Shown: piece by piece, positions 10,611 to 24,952 of the stretch
How positions within the stretch are numbered: position 1 is the stretch's first letter
Layout: the number at the start of each line of letters is the position of its first letter
Translations under genes and position numbers: made by a program
DNA from: Eledone cirrhosa
Lineage: Eukaryota
DNA: 64,000 nucleotides
Assembly: GCA_964016885.1 (NCBI GenBank)
Contig: OZ024741.1
Coordinates: forward strand, 240,188,001 to 240,252,000
Reading direction: 5' to 3'
The notes under the pieces: model-generated
Told to the model about the DNA's origin: nothing
What the model saw: only the letters and a program-made list of their open reading frames with translations
The model's database searches: none

Positions 10611-12569
10611 GCCACTCATGAAATTAATAAGTAGGTGGTTGAGTATTCCACAGAGACGCGTACCTTTTATGGGTAGTCTTACAGTTGACTGCTCCTGTGC
10701 ACCTATCATCTGTGAAGTTTATTATCGTTATCAGCCTATCTATGATCTTACTACATCTTACTACTCCTGTGCATCAATTGTATGAACTGGTAGCAGAATT
10801 TCATCTTGTTTCCTACTTATGAAAACTTTACTCTTTGCCAATGTTTACTTTGAAGCTCTTCAATTCTAGATTTTGTTTCTATATCTGGAGGTTCTTCACA
10901 AGTTCTTTTACAGTTTCATTTTCAGGGCTAGATTGTCAATATACAGTAACCCCCATAGACAACCAGTGATGAATTTCTCTGTAATGACTTAGAGGACAAT
11001 AATAAACTGGAAGGAGTTGATAACTGAACCCTAGTGGATTCCCACCTTCACTCTAAATTTGTTACTATACTCATCACCATTTCTCACATTGCTGGGTCCA
11101 CTGTGATGGTTTCTCCCATCATTGAGTGGATATAGATTACCTCAGATAATTCAACATGTGTTGCAACAATGAAACTATAACATCCATATAAAACTTGAAA
11201 TAAGATTATATAAATATGTATATAGGAATGTATGTACGATGGCCCCATAACTCCTGGTGGAGTCGTAATGTGGCTGTATTGACATATTCTTGGACAATTT
11301 TTAAGCCTGGCAGAGTCCATCTCATCTCCAGATCTGAATACAGCAAATTTCTTCCGGAGAAGGTTAGAAAATGAGAGGGGGGGGGGGGGATAGAGGAAGA
11401 ATCAGCCTCAAACAGATGACAAATTTGATCCTCAAGAGGGTTTGAACTCAGTGAGTAGAGAACCAGAATGAATACTGGAAGGCATTCTGTCCGGTGTTCT
11501 AATTTGCAACCTATATAGGTATATACGAGTTATGTTCGTTCCTTAGTTTAATATATTTGTGTATGGTAAAGAATGGCAGGAGTAGGGCTCAATTTAACAG
11601 TGTACCTATTGCATATTTGTGCTCCAAAAATACCTTTTTTGAAGTCTGTCTATCCTAAAATACAGTCCTAATATTTGTCAAACTGACACAATGTTTTTGT
11701 TAGGATTCTTAACAACAGATATACAAATAATTGACTGCAGTGGATTATTTTTAATCATTACATAATATGAATGTTGTCTTCCACTATGTTATGTATTATA
11801 GAGGAAATATATTAGAGTTGGTAGAATGAAGAGTTTATATTTATATTACAATATGTAACTGGTAATTGTCCCAATTTAGATGACATTAAAAGAAAAGAGA
11901 AACTCTTTCCCTGGGCATTGATAATTTTGTTCTCTTGGCTCATTTGTAGATATAGAAACCTTCACTGCCTCATTATTTTTCATATGACAAGTACTACTAT
12001 ATCACTTTCTAACCAATATTTACAACAATATATTCACAGAATTATATTACATGAGAATTTACTCTTCACTTGTGTTTATTACAGCTATATTATCATGTAT
12101 CTTTTTCTTATTAAATGACTCCAAAGACACAATCATCATAATCATTTAATGTCTGTTTTTCATGCTAGTGGTCACAAACTGGGCCAGTATTAAGGCAGAG
12201 CTACTGACCTCTTACAAGGCATTGGTCAGCCTGAGGCTATAGTACGTACCAGACAGTGGGATAAGATTGAACCCCAAACCATGTGGTTGAAAAGCAAGCT
12301 TTTTAACAACACATCCATGCCTGTGTGTTTGTATTACTATTTCTGAGAAGTAAGACTATCAATATATGATAACTTTAAAATTGGAACTCCATACCTTGCT
12401 AGCAGTGAAAGTGGATGTTAAATAATGATGATGAACATCTTACAAGAAACAAAAACTAAAGGATAACAGTTTACATATAGATTCAGAGCAGACATTAAAT
12501 TTCAATGATTAGAGTAGCAGTGTATATAATTTATACAATAAACATATATAGATACAGAATATTGGAAGA

Positions 12570-13344
12570 GATTCTCCCTCAGAATGAAAGGCAGACTGTA
12601 TGATGCGTGTATCCGAACAGCAATGTTGTATGGTAGTGAGACCTGGGCGCTGAAGGTGGAAGACTTACGTAGATTAGAGAGAAACGAAGCCTGCATGCTC
12701 CGATGGATGTGTAACAGTAATATACGTGAACGACAAAGCATAAATGAATTGAGAGAGAGACTGAGCATAAGAGGAATCAAATGCTGTGTGCAGGAGAGGC
12801 GGTTGCGCTGGTAAGGACATGTGATGCGTATGAAGGATGACAGCTGCATAAAAAAGTGCAGAGCACTAGAAGTTGATGGAAACCGCGGAGTGGGGAGACC
12901 CAAGATGACCTGGGATGAGGGGATAAAAGCCAACCTTACCCAATTACACCTCTCAAAGGCAATGACACACGACCGTGACTTCTGGCGTCACGCAGTAATA
13001 CAGAGTACCCGACCTCCCATGGGTACATGCTGAAGCATATAGACAATATGCCCCCCCCCCCCCGCCCCCGCAAGGTGGTCCTGGAGGTGCCACGGTAATA
13101 AAGCACCCAGCCCACACTGTAAAGTGGACGTGTAGGCGCCACGAAAAAGCACCCAGCACTCACTGTAAATGAGGTTGGTGTTAGGAAGGGCATCCAGCTG
13201 TAGAAAACAAGCCAAATCAGTTCCTGTATGAGCAAGGCATGGTCAGCCGACCAGACACTGCCCACAACAGGACAACCCGTCTAACCCATGCTAGCGTGGA
13301 AGAACGGACGTAAAACGGTGATGATGATGATGATGGTGATGATG
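12570..13344 (+). mobile_element. 5'-truncated RTE LINE, unit-2-specific insertion in intron 1
   Basis: KGRLYDACIRTAMLYGSETW...GRPKMTW, homologous to 61169-61795. (GAT)n tail. Empty site ggaaga-catatatg in units 1 and 3. Confidence 0.9.
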
Positions 13345-14086
13345 ATATATGATGATGAACAGCTTTCCATTTAAATAGTAAACACAACTTTAATCTCTGC
13401 AAATTGTTAATTTAAATCTTATCAAAACACACCAAAGAATTCTTAACCAAATAAAGCAAAATATAGTGTAAAATATAACAGAAAATTTAGACTGAATTTA
13501 TACAAATAAATATATTCTGAAAGCAGCAAGAGAAGGAAGATATGTTTAAAAAGTAATTACATATTACAATAACTTTCAAATTTTCTTAAGAAGTAAATTG
13601 TATTTTTTAAATATTTTGTGAACTCCCCAAAAAATCTAATTTTTCTCATTTTACCGTCTGTCATACCATACCACCATTACCATTCAGATACTGACTGCTA
13701 CAAATCTTAACATGTCCGCCATTATCCTAAACCCAAATTTCTAACACACTGTTACCTCATCACTGCTAAAAAAACTAGATATTATGATTAAAATATAGAA
13801 TATTTATTCATACTTTTATATCAAACATCTTAGAATATCTTTCATATAACTATCTACTATATAAACATACTACATTATACTTACGACAAAAACAAACATA
13901 CACTGCAACACTACATTATATAGACTGTTCTGTATTGTTACTGTACAATATAATGTTAACAAATATTATTTACACACAAATAATATTGTTTCTATGAAAT
14001 ATAGTCTCAATGTTAAACATTTTAAACATCATCATGTAATCAGTTGTAATATTAAACAATCAGCATATTATTCAAAAATATATGTA

Positions 14087-14645
14087 AATTATTGTTCAAT
14101 TTCTTTGTTCTGAAGTTAATATTAAATATGTTAAAACAATATCTTACAGATTTACTAAGATTTAGTATATAAAATGAGATTATAAATTGGGATTAAATAG
14201 AAACTTACCTCTTTAATAATTATATCCTTGGTTATTCAGTGAGAATAGAAAGATGTATTGTTGTAGAAAGCTCCATTGTAAGTGCTGCTGTAATGGTGTG
14301 TGACAATGGCTGTATGTTGATGGAGTAGTGTAGCACGTCAGGCAGATAGTCTGCTGCTAGGATAGGGTTGTGTGTGTTATTGAAGTTGTATGTTTGTGGC
14401 AGTACATCCCTCTAATAATATTGTATATGTATTTATCCTTAAAGATGATGTTTGTTTACTGCTATCAATAACTATTTACATATATATAGATATATATTTA
14501 AATAGCTACAATATTCTATAGTTAAACATAACATGTTTGGTTTAATAACATCAGTAATGTCAATGTTTCTCTTTGTTAATGAATTCTGACTATGTTTTAG
14601 TGAGAATCTGATTGGCTAAATGACCTAAACAGAAGACCAATGACA
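14087..14645 (-). promoter_or_regulatory. Conserved promoter + non-coding exon 1 of unit 2 (donor at 14209/14208; CCAAT 14611-14615, 14637-14641)
   Basis: Near-identical to 5090-5650. Confidence 0.75.
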
Positions 14646-15561
14646 TTTTCGCTTAAGTATTGATTAGCTTTTGTGAGGTGGAAAGTCTCGTATTTATTAG
14701 GAAAGAGATGGTTTGACAATCATGCCTATCCCCAAACTAATAATACAATTAATAAATTACAATATCTATTTAATAACATTAATTAATTACAATATTTTTC
14801 CCAATATTATTTACTACTAAATAAGTTCAAATTCTAAGCTCTGCCTTTCATCCTTACGGGGTTGATAAAATAAAGTAACAGAAATAAACTGCATTTGATT
14901 TAATGGACTTTATCCACTTCCAAAAGTGTTGGCCTTCTGCATGAATCAGAAACCAATATGATATAAAGAAATTATTTTCTTGTTAAAACATAAAAAATCT
15001 ACTTTTGGCATTTTTACACTTCACCTTAAGTATAAAATCTTCACCTTAAACATAAAATCTTTAAAGGATGTGGTAACCCATTTAAAATATTCCTATTTAT
15101 TACACTCCATAACCTATAGTCAATTAACTTTATGAATTATTATTGAACCACTGTAAATATTAGTAATTTTAAAACATGAGCATCCAAAACAGTAGATAAC
15201 TGCAACAATGGTTAATAACTATGAATAATAGCTGGGAAAACTGAGTATATTACCCCTAATGATATTCACATTTTCCCATTTCTAAGGGTAATTTAGTCAA
15301 TTTTTTCAAATATTATTTATTGGTTGACTGTTATTACAATTATTTTCTACATTCGTGATGCTGACATTTTCAGAGTCTCACATAGTAAATTATTTCAACT
15401 ACTAATTTAAAGAGATCTATAGTTTCCTTTATTAAGCCTTCTAGTTTTAAATAATGTATGTTGTTACAAAGTGTAGTTAATATAGAAGGTGTCTGTGTCT
15501 GTGATCATGTAATACTGAACAGTATATAACTTCTATTTGCTATGGCAATTCAATGAAGTAA

Positions 15562-15638
15562 TTATACATGTTTCACTGGTGTTTCTTCACTGGAATCCTT
15601 TGATGTAGATGTATCGTTGTTTTTATATATATTTTGAT
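15562..15638 (-). CDS. Unit 3 exon 4 (terminal coding exon)
   Basis: ttccag| acceptor; D-QNIYKNNDTSTSKDSSEETPVKHV*. Confidence 0.8.
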
Positions 15639-15964
15639 CTGGAATTTAGATAGAAAATAATATCTTACACAATTATAAAGGAGACCATTCTATTATTAAA
15701 TTAGGCAAGCATTCGTAATGACCATATGTATATAAACATGACAAATTCATTAATAATCAGATGGGCCAATGAAAGATTCACTCTTAACCACAGAGAGTTT
15801 TATAAATTTGCTAAATATCAATATAAGGAAAAATGTACATTTGAGATGTTATCAAAATATAATTGTTTCTACTTTTGCACAAGGTCAGCAATTACGCCAG
15901 TGAATTACTGGTACCTTATTTTATCATCCCCGCAAAATATAATATAGCCAAAGTAGATATTAAC

Positions 15965-16130
15965 CTGATATTCCTGGTATTTCTTCATAATGTTTCATAT
16001 CACCTTCATTCAATACACGTCTACTACTTCTCTTAGATGACATTGTATCTGATGTATAGTTACAAACTATAGGAGGATTATCTTCTACAGCATCATCACT
16101 TGATGTCACCACAACAGGTTGACAGTATTT
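15965..16130 (-). CDS. Unit 3 exon 3 (cytoplasmic, ...HYEEIPGIS)
   Basis: 166 nt, same splice sites as unit 2. Confidence 0.85.
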
Positions 16131-16311
16131 CTGTTGACAAACAAACCAAGAGAAATGTGAGGAGACATTAAACAATCCTAGTTACAATAAACATGTAGTT
16201 TACAATTTAATATTGGACTATATTATTGAAGATAAAACATTGTTAAAATAATCTTATTGTTTATCTTTTACATATAAAGTAAAGAGAAAATATTTTAATC
16301 TTTTCACTTAC

Positions 16312-18687
16312 TGGAGTAGGTTTTGGTAAAGTTCTTGACTGAACTGAAGCTTCATATTTATTCTGTAGCTGACCTTCTGAATAACATTCACTCTTTGATC
16401 TCTCAGAATATATATTTCTTTTTATCATCTCTTCTGTATTCCTTGACATAGCAACAGGATTGTTAGACTGATACAACAATTGTTTCATCTCTGTTCTACC
16501 TTGGTATGCTGTAGTCTTTGTTGTAGTAGCTGTGTTATCTCTGTGTTTAATACATTTCATTATACACAGTGTTATAGAAACAACAATAGCCACTGATACT
16601 ATTACTGCTGATGATACAATGATAATAACCCATGTCATATGGACTCTACCTGAAGATTGTAAAGGTACACTTTTCAACATTGGTGATGTCTCATTACTAA
16701 CAGCCAATACCAAAGTCACACTAGTTGTTGATGACTGAACTGGACTACCACTGTCTTTTACAACAAACTTTAGTTCATAACTTCCAGCATCATTTAGATA
16801 AACTTGTCTGGAGAATGATAAAGCACCACTGTGTGAGTTCATAGTAAACAACTGTTTATTATTTCCTTGTATGATTCCATATGTGAGGAAAGCATTGTTT
16901 CCACTGTCACCATCAGATGCTCTCAAAACTGTGATGTCACTCTTACTCTGGGGATGGTAGTGGACATTTAGGGTGTAAGGGTTAACACTAGGAAAGGTGA
17001 AATATGGAACATTGTCATTTTGATCTAAAATCTCAACAACAACATTGGCTGTGTCATTCAGAGATGGACTTCCATTATCTTTGACAAAAACCTCAAATTT
17101 ATACACATCTTGTTTCTCTCTGTCTAATGACATGGTGGCTGAAATAAAGCCATAACTGGTGATCAGAAATGGTAGATTTGATTTTTCTTTATGTATCAGA
17201 GAATATGTCAGTTCTCCAGCAGATCCAAGGTCAGGGTCAGTGGCATTGACAAAACCAATAGGGAAGTCTTTATCTTTGTTTTCATAGGTCAGGAATTGGA
17301 ATGTATCTTTGGTAAACTGTGGTTGTACATCATTGATATCAGTCACTTGGATAGAGAGAGTTTTAACACTTTTAAGAGGTGGTAATCCTTTATCTTGACA
17401 TGAGACAGGAATGTTATAGTGTCCTTGTGTTTCTCTGTCTACTGGTTTGTTTAGAACTATTTTATATTCTTTAGATCCCATTGAATGTAGTTTGAATGTA
17501 TCATGTTTGATATCACAGCTGATCTCTCCATTTTGTCCAACATCATTGTCAGTGACCATCACATAAGCAATGAAACTACCAACTTTGATATCTTCAGAGA
17601 TGGTAGCTGTGTGGTCATTGATAGCAGAAACATAATCTATATCAATAGATGGAGGGTTGTTGTGTTGATTGACAATATTTATCAGAACTGTTGCTATGGA
17701 ACTGAATGGAGGGTTGCCTCCATCTCTGGCTTCTATAAATAATTCATAGGCTTTCTTTTTTCCTAAACTTGAATATTTATTTAAGAAAATCTTTCCAATG
17801 GTTTCATTTAATTGGAAATAACTTTTTGCAAGATCCGATGTCTTTGGACTGAAATGGAAAGTAATTTTACCATTTTCTCCAGAATCAGAATCTGTTACAG
17901 ATAAAATAATAATGGGTTTAGATTTGTGATGTGTACTTTGTATGGATATATTATATAGAGGTTTAGAAAATACTGGTGGGTTGTCATTCACATCTATTAT
18001 AGAGATATTTATATTTAAAATACCTTGTTTTGATGGTGAACCTCCATCTTTAGCTATGACCTGGAGTAAATATGTATCTTTGATTTCTCTGTCTAATGAT
18101 TCTTTTAAAACTATGTTAAGTGAAGAAATACCATCAGCTCTTTTCGAGACTGACAGAGAGAATGGTTCACCATTCTTGGATTTTAATTTATATTGTATTA
18201 ATGAGTTCTGAAAACCTACATCTTTGTCCATAGCATTTGGTAGTGATCTTTTTAAACCTTTGCTAATATCTTCACTAAACTGCATATTAACATTCTTTAG
18301 AGGAAACTCAGGTTGATGGTCATTGATGTCTTCTATTACTATTTTAATTTTTAATACTTTTGTAACACTTCTTCCTTTATTGACAACAACCTTCTCAGTT
18401 CTAGAACATTCTTTGTTAAATGAACAGAGTTTCTCTGCATCCAGTGTCTGAGCAGTGTACAGTTTACCTGTTTTCGTGATATTAAATAACTGTGCCACCT
18501 TTTGTTTAAATTGACTGAATGTTATCAATTGTTGGTCAGATGGTTTAACATTGTCTAAAAGTTTAGAATCAGCAGCAATGTCTGCTACATATGTTCCTGG
18601 ACTTCTCTCTTCTTCCACATGGTAGGTAAGGTCTATGGTCAGAACACAGTGGACCATTGATAATACAATAGACAATAAGAGTAACAT
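16312..18687 (-). CDS. PCDH: Protocadherin unit 3, large exon
   Basis: 792 codons to CCA|GTAAGT. Six cadherin repeats + TM. Acceptor at 18745-18746. Confidence 0.95.
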
Positions 18688-20094
18688 ATTGTTGTTGTTG
18701 TGTTGGTACTGGTTAAAAATGTCCTGATTAGGTAAGGAGTGAATCTAAAACAGAAATATATTTTATCAGACATCAACAGAAATCATACTATAAGCTATAA
18801 TTTTACATAAAAATACACAGAAATAATCATATTAAAAGATAACTGAAAGATATGTTATCTTTTCTTTATATGAATTTCGCATAAAAAAAAAGGTAGAAGA
18901 GAAAATCTTTTGGTTTAAGTTGAAGCAAGCTCATTGAAAAGCTTAAGAACGAAAAGGGAAGATATATGAAGGTTGATCTCAGAATATGTAATATTAAGAA
19001 GATAAGGTACTATAACATGTGGCAAGTTGTGTTGGAGAATTACTGTTTCCAACCAAAAGAAGGAAGGGAGTACTAATGGAAAATATAGAAATAGTTAAAG
19101 GATTATGTCCTTAATGAAATATAACATACTAAACTGGAATATGAAAAAATCAGTGTATACATTTAAAAAAATATATCCTTTAAATCTTAAAGATCTGATT
19201 GAAGATCTAGAATCTGTAATTGCTCAAACAACATACTAGAGAGACTAATAACTCCATTGCTGTTGTTGTTTAGCTCCATTGGTTCCAAAAATGATTGTAT
19301 TTGTTTGGACTTTGAAACAGTCTCCCTAAAAAAGATTTCAGGAAGATTCAGCATGTCAGTGTGTGACAAAGCTGCCACTTTCAAATACAGGTGCAACTAA
19401 TTTTTGCCGGGATTTTGATTGATACAATTGTTTCATTTCTGTTCTACCTTGGATGTTGTATTCTTTATTTTCAGTAGCCACTCATGAAATTAATAAGTAG
19501 GTGGTTGAGTATTCCACAGTACCTTTTATGGGTAGTCTGACAGTCGACTGCTCCTGTGCACCTGTCATCTGTGAAGTTTATCATCTTTATCAGCCTATCT
19601 GTGATCCTACTACATCTCCTGTGCATCCATTGTACAAACTTGTATCACATTATAGAATTCCTACCTACCCCTATTTTGCATATTGAGCATGGCCATTTTC
19701 CTGATGTAGCAGAATTTCATCTTATTTCCTACTTATTAAATCTTTAGTCATTGCTGATGTTTATTTTGAGGCCCTTCAATTCCAGGTTTTGTTCTGTCTG
19801 GAGCTTCTTCACTAGTTCTTTTATAGTTTAAGCGTTCATGGCTAGATTGTCTCTATACAGGAACTCCCACAGAATTTCTCTGTAATGGTTTTGAGGACTA
19901 TAATAAACTGGAGGAAGTTGATAACTGAACCCTAGTAGATTCCCAACTTCACACTAAATTCATCACTATACTCATCATCATCTCTCACCTTGCTGGGTCC
20001 ACTTTGATGGAGGGAATTAATTGGTTTCTCCCATCATTGAGTGGATATAGATTGCCTCAGATAATTTTGCCTTGTGTTGCAACAATGCAACTAT

Positions 20095-20587
20095 CATCAT
20101 CATCATCATCGTTTAATGTCCATCTTCCACGCTTGCATGGGTTTGGATGGGAATTTTCCCACTTGAGGCAAGATTGGTTGTCTTGCTCGTATAGGACTGT
20201 CTGGCGGGTTTTCTACGGCTGGATGCTCTTCCTAACACCAACCACGTTTACAGTGTGGACTGGGAGGTTTTTACCGTGTTACCTACACGACCACATTACA
20301 GCGTGGACTGTGTGTTTTTTTGTCGTGACACCTACACGACCTCATTTGTTGCGGACTGGATGTTGTGGTACCAACATAAATTTAGATTGGAAGGGGTGGT
20401 GTGGATGGGGTGGGGGTGTATTTTTGTTAGAGGTGCCTACTGACTGTAGGTTTCGTTTTGTACTTAGGCAAGGCGGGTCTTCTGTATTACTGTGAAGCGC
20501 CAAAGATCTCGGTCCAGTGACATTGTCTTGGAGAGGTGTAAGTGTGTGAGGTTGGAATTTATCAAGTCGGCACAGGTTTTTCTGGGT
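20095..20587 (-). mobile_element. Heavily 5'-truncated RTE LINE 3' end, unit-3-specific insertion
   Basis: RPRKTCADLINSNLTHLHLSKTMSLDRDLWR matches the RTE C-terminus. (GAT)n tail, ctat duplication. Empty site aaactataacatcc in units 1 and 2. Confidence 0.85.
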
Positions 20588-22723
20588 CTATAACATCCAT
20601 ATAAAACTTGAAGTAAGATTATATAAATATGTATATAGGAATGTATGTACAATGGTCCCATAACTCCTGGTGGAGTCGTAATGTGGCTGTATTGACATAG
20701 TGTTTCTTGGGCAATTTTTAAGCCTGGCAGAGTCCATCTCATCTCCAGATCTGAATACAGCAAATTTCTTCCGGAGAAGGTTAGAAAATGAGAGGGGGGG
20801 GGGGGGATAGAGGAAGAATCAGCCTCAAACAGATGACAAATTTGATCCTCAAGAGGGTTTGAACTCAGTGAGTAGAGAACCAGAATGAATACTGGAAGGC
20901 ATTCTGTCCGGTGTTCTAATTTGCAACCTATATAGGTATATACGAGTTATGTTCGTTCCTTAGTTCAATATATTTGTGTATGGTAAAGAATGGCAGGAGT
21001 AGGGCTCAATTTAACAGTGTACCTATTGCATATTTGTGCTCCAAAAATACCTTTTTTGAAGTCTGTCTATCCTAAAATACAGTCCTAATATTTGTCAAAC
21101 TGACACAAAGTTTTTGTTAGGATTCTTAACAACAGATATACAGCAAATAATTGACTGCAGTGGATTATTTTTAATCATTACATAATATGAATGTTGTCTT
21201 CCACTATGTTATGTATTATAGAGGAAATATATCAGAGTTGGGAGAATGATGAGTTTATATTTATATTACAATATGTAACTGGTAATTGTCCCAATTTAGA
21301 TGACATTAAAAGAAAAGAGAAACTCTTTCCCTGGGCATTGATAATTTTGTTCTCTTGGCTCATTTGTAGATATAGAAACCTTCACTGCCTCATTATGTTT
21401 CATATGACTAGTACTACTATATCACTTTCTAACCAATATTTACAACAATATATCCACAGAATTATATTACATGAGAATTTACTCTTCACTTGTGTTTATT
21501 ACAGCTATATTACCATGTATCTTTTTCTTATTAAATGACTCCAAAGACACAATCATCATAATCATTTAATGCCTGTTTTTCATGCTACTGGTCACAAACT
21601 GGGTCAGTATTAAGGCAGAGGTCAGCCTGAGGCTTTAGTACGTACCAGACAGCGGGTTTAGATTGAACCCCAAACCATGTGGTTGAAAAGCAAACTTTTT
21701 AACAACACATCCATGCCTGTGTGTTTGTATTACTATTTCTGAGAAGTAAGACTATCAATATATGATAATTTAAAATTGGAACTCCATACCTTGCTAGCAG
21801 GGAAAGTGGATGTTAAATAATGATGATGAACATCTTACAAGAAACAAAAACTAAAGGATAACAGTTTACATATAGATTCAGAGCAGACATTAAATTTCAA
21901 TGATTAGAGTAGCAGTGTATATAATTTATACAATAAACATATATAGATACAGAATATTGGAAGACATATATGATGATGAACAGCTTTCCATTTAAATAGT
22001 AAACACGACTTTAATCTCTGCAAATTGTTAATTTAAATCTTATCAAAACACACCAAAGAATTCTTAACCAAATAAAGCAGAATATAGTGTAAAATATAAC
22101 AGAAAATTTAGACTGAATTTATACAAATAAATATATTCTGAAAGCAGCAAGAGAAGGAAGATATGTTTAAAAAGAAATTACATATTACAATAACTTTCAA
22201 ATTTTCTTAAGAAGTAAATACACACACAAAGTAAATTGTATTTTTTAAATATTTTGTGAACACCAAAAAAAATCTAACTCTTCTCATTTTACCGTCTGTC
22301 ATACCATACCACTATTACCATTCAGATACTGACTGCTACAAATCTTAACATGTCCGCCATTATCCTAAACCCAAATTTCTAACACACTGTTACCTCATCA
22401 CTGCTAAAAAACTACATATTATGACTAAAATAGAGAATATTTATTCATACTTTTATACCAAACATCTTTAAATATCTTTCATATAACTATCTACTATATA
22501 AACATACTACATTTTACTTACTACAAAAACAAACATACACTGCAACACTACATTATATAGACTGTTCTGTATTGTTACTGTTCAATATAATGTTAACAAA
22601 TATTATTTACACACAAATAATATTGTTTCTATGAAATATAGTCTCAATGTTAAACATTTTAAACATCATCATGTAATCAGTTGTAATATTAAACAATCAG
22701 CATATTATTCAAAAATATATGTA

Positions 22724-23281
22724 AATTATTGTTCAATCTCTTTGTTCTGAAGTTAATATTAAAAATGTTAAAACAATATCTGACAGATTTACTAAGATTT
22801 AGTATATAAAATGAGATTATAAAATGGGATTAAATAGAAACTTACCTTTTTAATAATTATATCATTGGTTATTCAGTGAGAATAGAAAGATGTATTGTTG
22901 TAGAAAGCTCCATTGTAAGTGCTGCTGTAATGGTGTGTGACAATGGCTGTATGTTGATAGAGTAGTGTAGCACGTCAGGCAGATAGTCTGCTGCTAGGAT
23001 AGGGTTGTGTGTGTTATTGAAGTTGTATGTCTGTGGCAGTACATCCCTCTAATATTGTGTATGTATTTATAATTAAAGATGATGTTTGTTTAGTGTTATC
23101 AATAACTATTTACATATATATAGATATATATTAAAATAGCTACACAATTCTATATAGTTAAACATAACATGTTTGGTTAAATAACATCAGTAATGTCAAT
23201 GTTTCTCTTTGTTAATGAATTCTGTCTATGTTTTAGTGAGAATCTGATTGGCTGAATGACCTAAACAGAAGACCAATGACA
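22724..23281 (-). promoter_or_regulatory. Conserved promoter + non-coding exon 1 of unit 3 (donor AAG|GTAAGT at 22846/22845; CCAAT 23247-23251, 23273-23277)
   Basis: Near-identical to 5090-5650. Confidence 0.75.
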
Positions 23282-24202
23282 TTTTCGCTTAAGTATTGAT
23301 TAGCTTTTGTGAGGTGGAAGGTCTCGTATTTATTAGGAAAGAGATGGTTTGACAATCATGCCTATCCCCAAACTAATAATACAATTAATAAATTACAATA
23401 TCTATTTAATAACATTAATTAATTACAATATTTTTCCCAATATTATTTACTACTAAATGAGTTCAAATTCTAAGATAAGCTCTGCCTTTCATCCTTACGG
23501 GGTTGATAAAATAAAGTAACAGAAATAAACTGCATTTGATTTAATGGACTTTATCCACTTCCAAAAGTGTTGGCCTTCTGCATGAATCAGAAACCAATAT
23601 GATATAAAGAAATTATTTTCTTGTTAAAACATAAAAAATCTACTTTTGGCATTTTTACACTTCACCTTAAGTATAAAATCTTCACCTTAAACATAAAATC
23701 TTTAAAGGATGTGGTAACCCATTTAAAATATTCCTATTTATTACACTCCATAACCTATAGTCAATTAACTTTATGAATTATTATTGAACCACTGTAAATA
23801 TTAGTAATTTTAAAACATGAGCCTCCAAAACAGTAGATAACTGTAACAATGGTTAATAACTATGAATAATAGCTGAGAAAACTGAGTATATTACCCCTAA
23901 TGATATTCACATTTTCCCATTTCTAAGGGTAATTTAGTCAATTTTCTCAAATATTATTTATTGGTTGACTGTTATTACAATTATTTTCTACATTCGTGAT
24001 GCTGACATTTTCAGAGTCTCACATAGTAAATTATTTCAACTACTAATTTAAAGAGATCTATAGTTTCCTTTATTAAGCCTTCTAGTTTTAAATAATGTAT
24101 GTTGTTACAAAGTATAGTTAATATAGAAGGTGTCTGTGTCTGTGATCATGTAATACTGAACAGTATATAACTTCTATTTGCTATGGCAATTCAATGAAGT
24201 AA

Positions 24203-24279
24203 TTAAACATGTTTCACTGGTGTTTCTTCACTGGAATCCTTTGATGTAGATGTATCGTTGTTTTTATATGTATTTTGAT
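24203..24279 (-). CDS. Unit 4 exon 4 (terminal coding exon, D-QNTYKNN...KHV*)
   Basis: Same splice site. Last codon GTT vs GTA (synonymous Val) before the conserved TAA. Confidence 0.8.
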
Positions 24280-24606
24280 CTGGAATTTAGATAGAAAATA
24301 ATATCTTACACAATTATAAAGGAGACCATTCTACTATTAAATTAGGCAAGCATTCGTAATGACCATATGTATATAAACATGACAGATTCCCTAATAATCA
24401 GATAGGCCAATGAAAGATTCACTCTTAACCACAGAGAGTTTTATAAATTTGCTAAATATCAATACAAGGAAAAATGTACATTTGAGATGTTATCAAAATA
24501 TAATTGTTTCTACTTTTGCCACAAGGCCAGCACTTACCTTAGTGAATTACTGATACCTTATTTTATCGACCCCGCAAAGTATAAAATAGCGAAAGTAGTT
24601 ATTAAC

Positions 24607-24772
24607 CTGATATTCCTGGTATTTCTTCATAATGTTTCATATCACCTTCATTCAATACACGTCTACTACTTCTCTTAGATGACATTGTATCTGATGTATA
24701 GTTACAAACTATAGGAGGATTATCTTCCACAGCATCATCACTTGATGTCACCACAACAGGTTGACAATATTT
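24607..24772 (-). CDS. Unit 4 exon 3 (cytoplasmic, ...HYEEIPGIS)
   Basis: 166 nt, conserved splice sites. Confidence 0.85.
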
Positions 24773-24952
24773 CTGTTGACAAACAAACCAAGAGAAATGT
24801 GAGGAGACATCAAACAATCCTAGTTACAATAGACATGTAGTTTACAATTTAATATTGGACTATATTATTGAAGATAAAGCATTGTTAAAATAATCTTATT
24901 GTTTATCTTTTACATATAAAGTAAAGATAGAAAATATAATCTTTTCACTTAC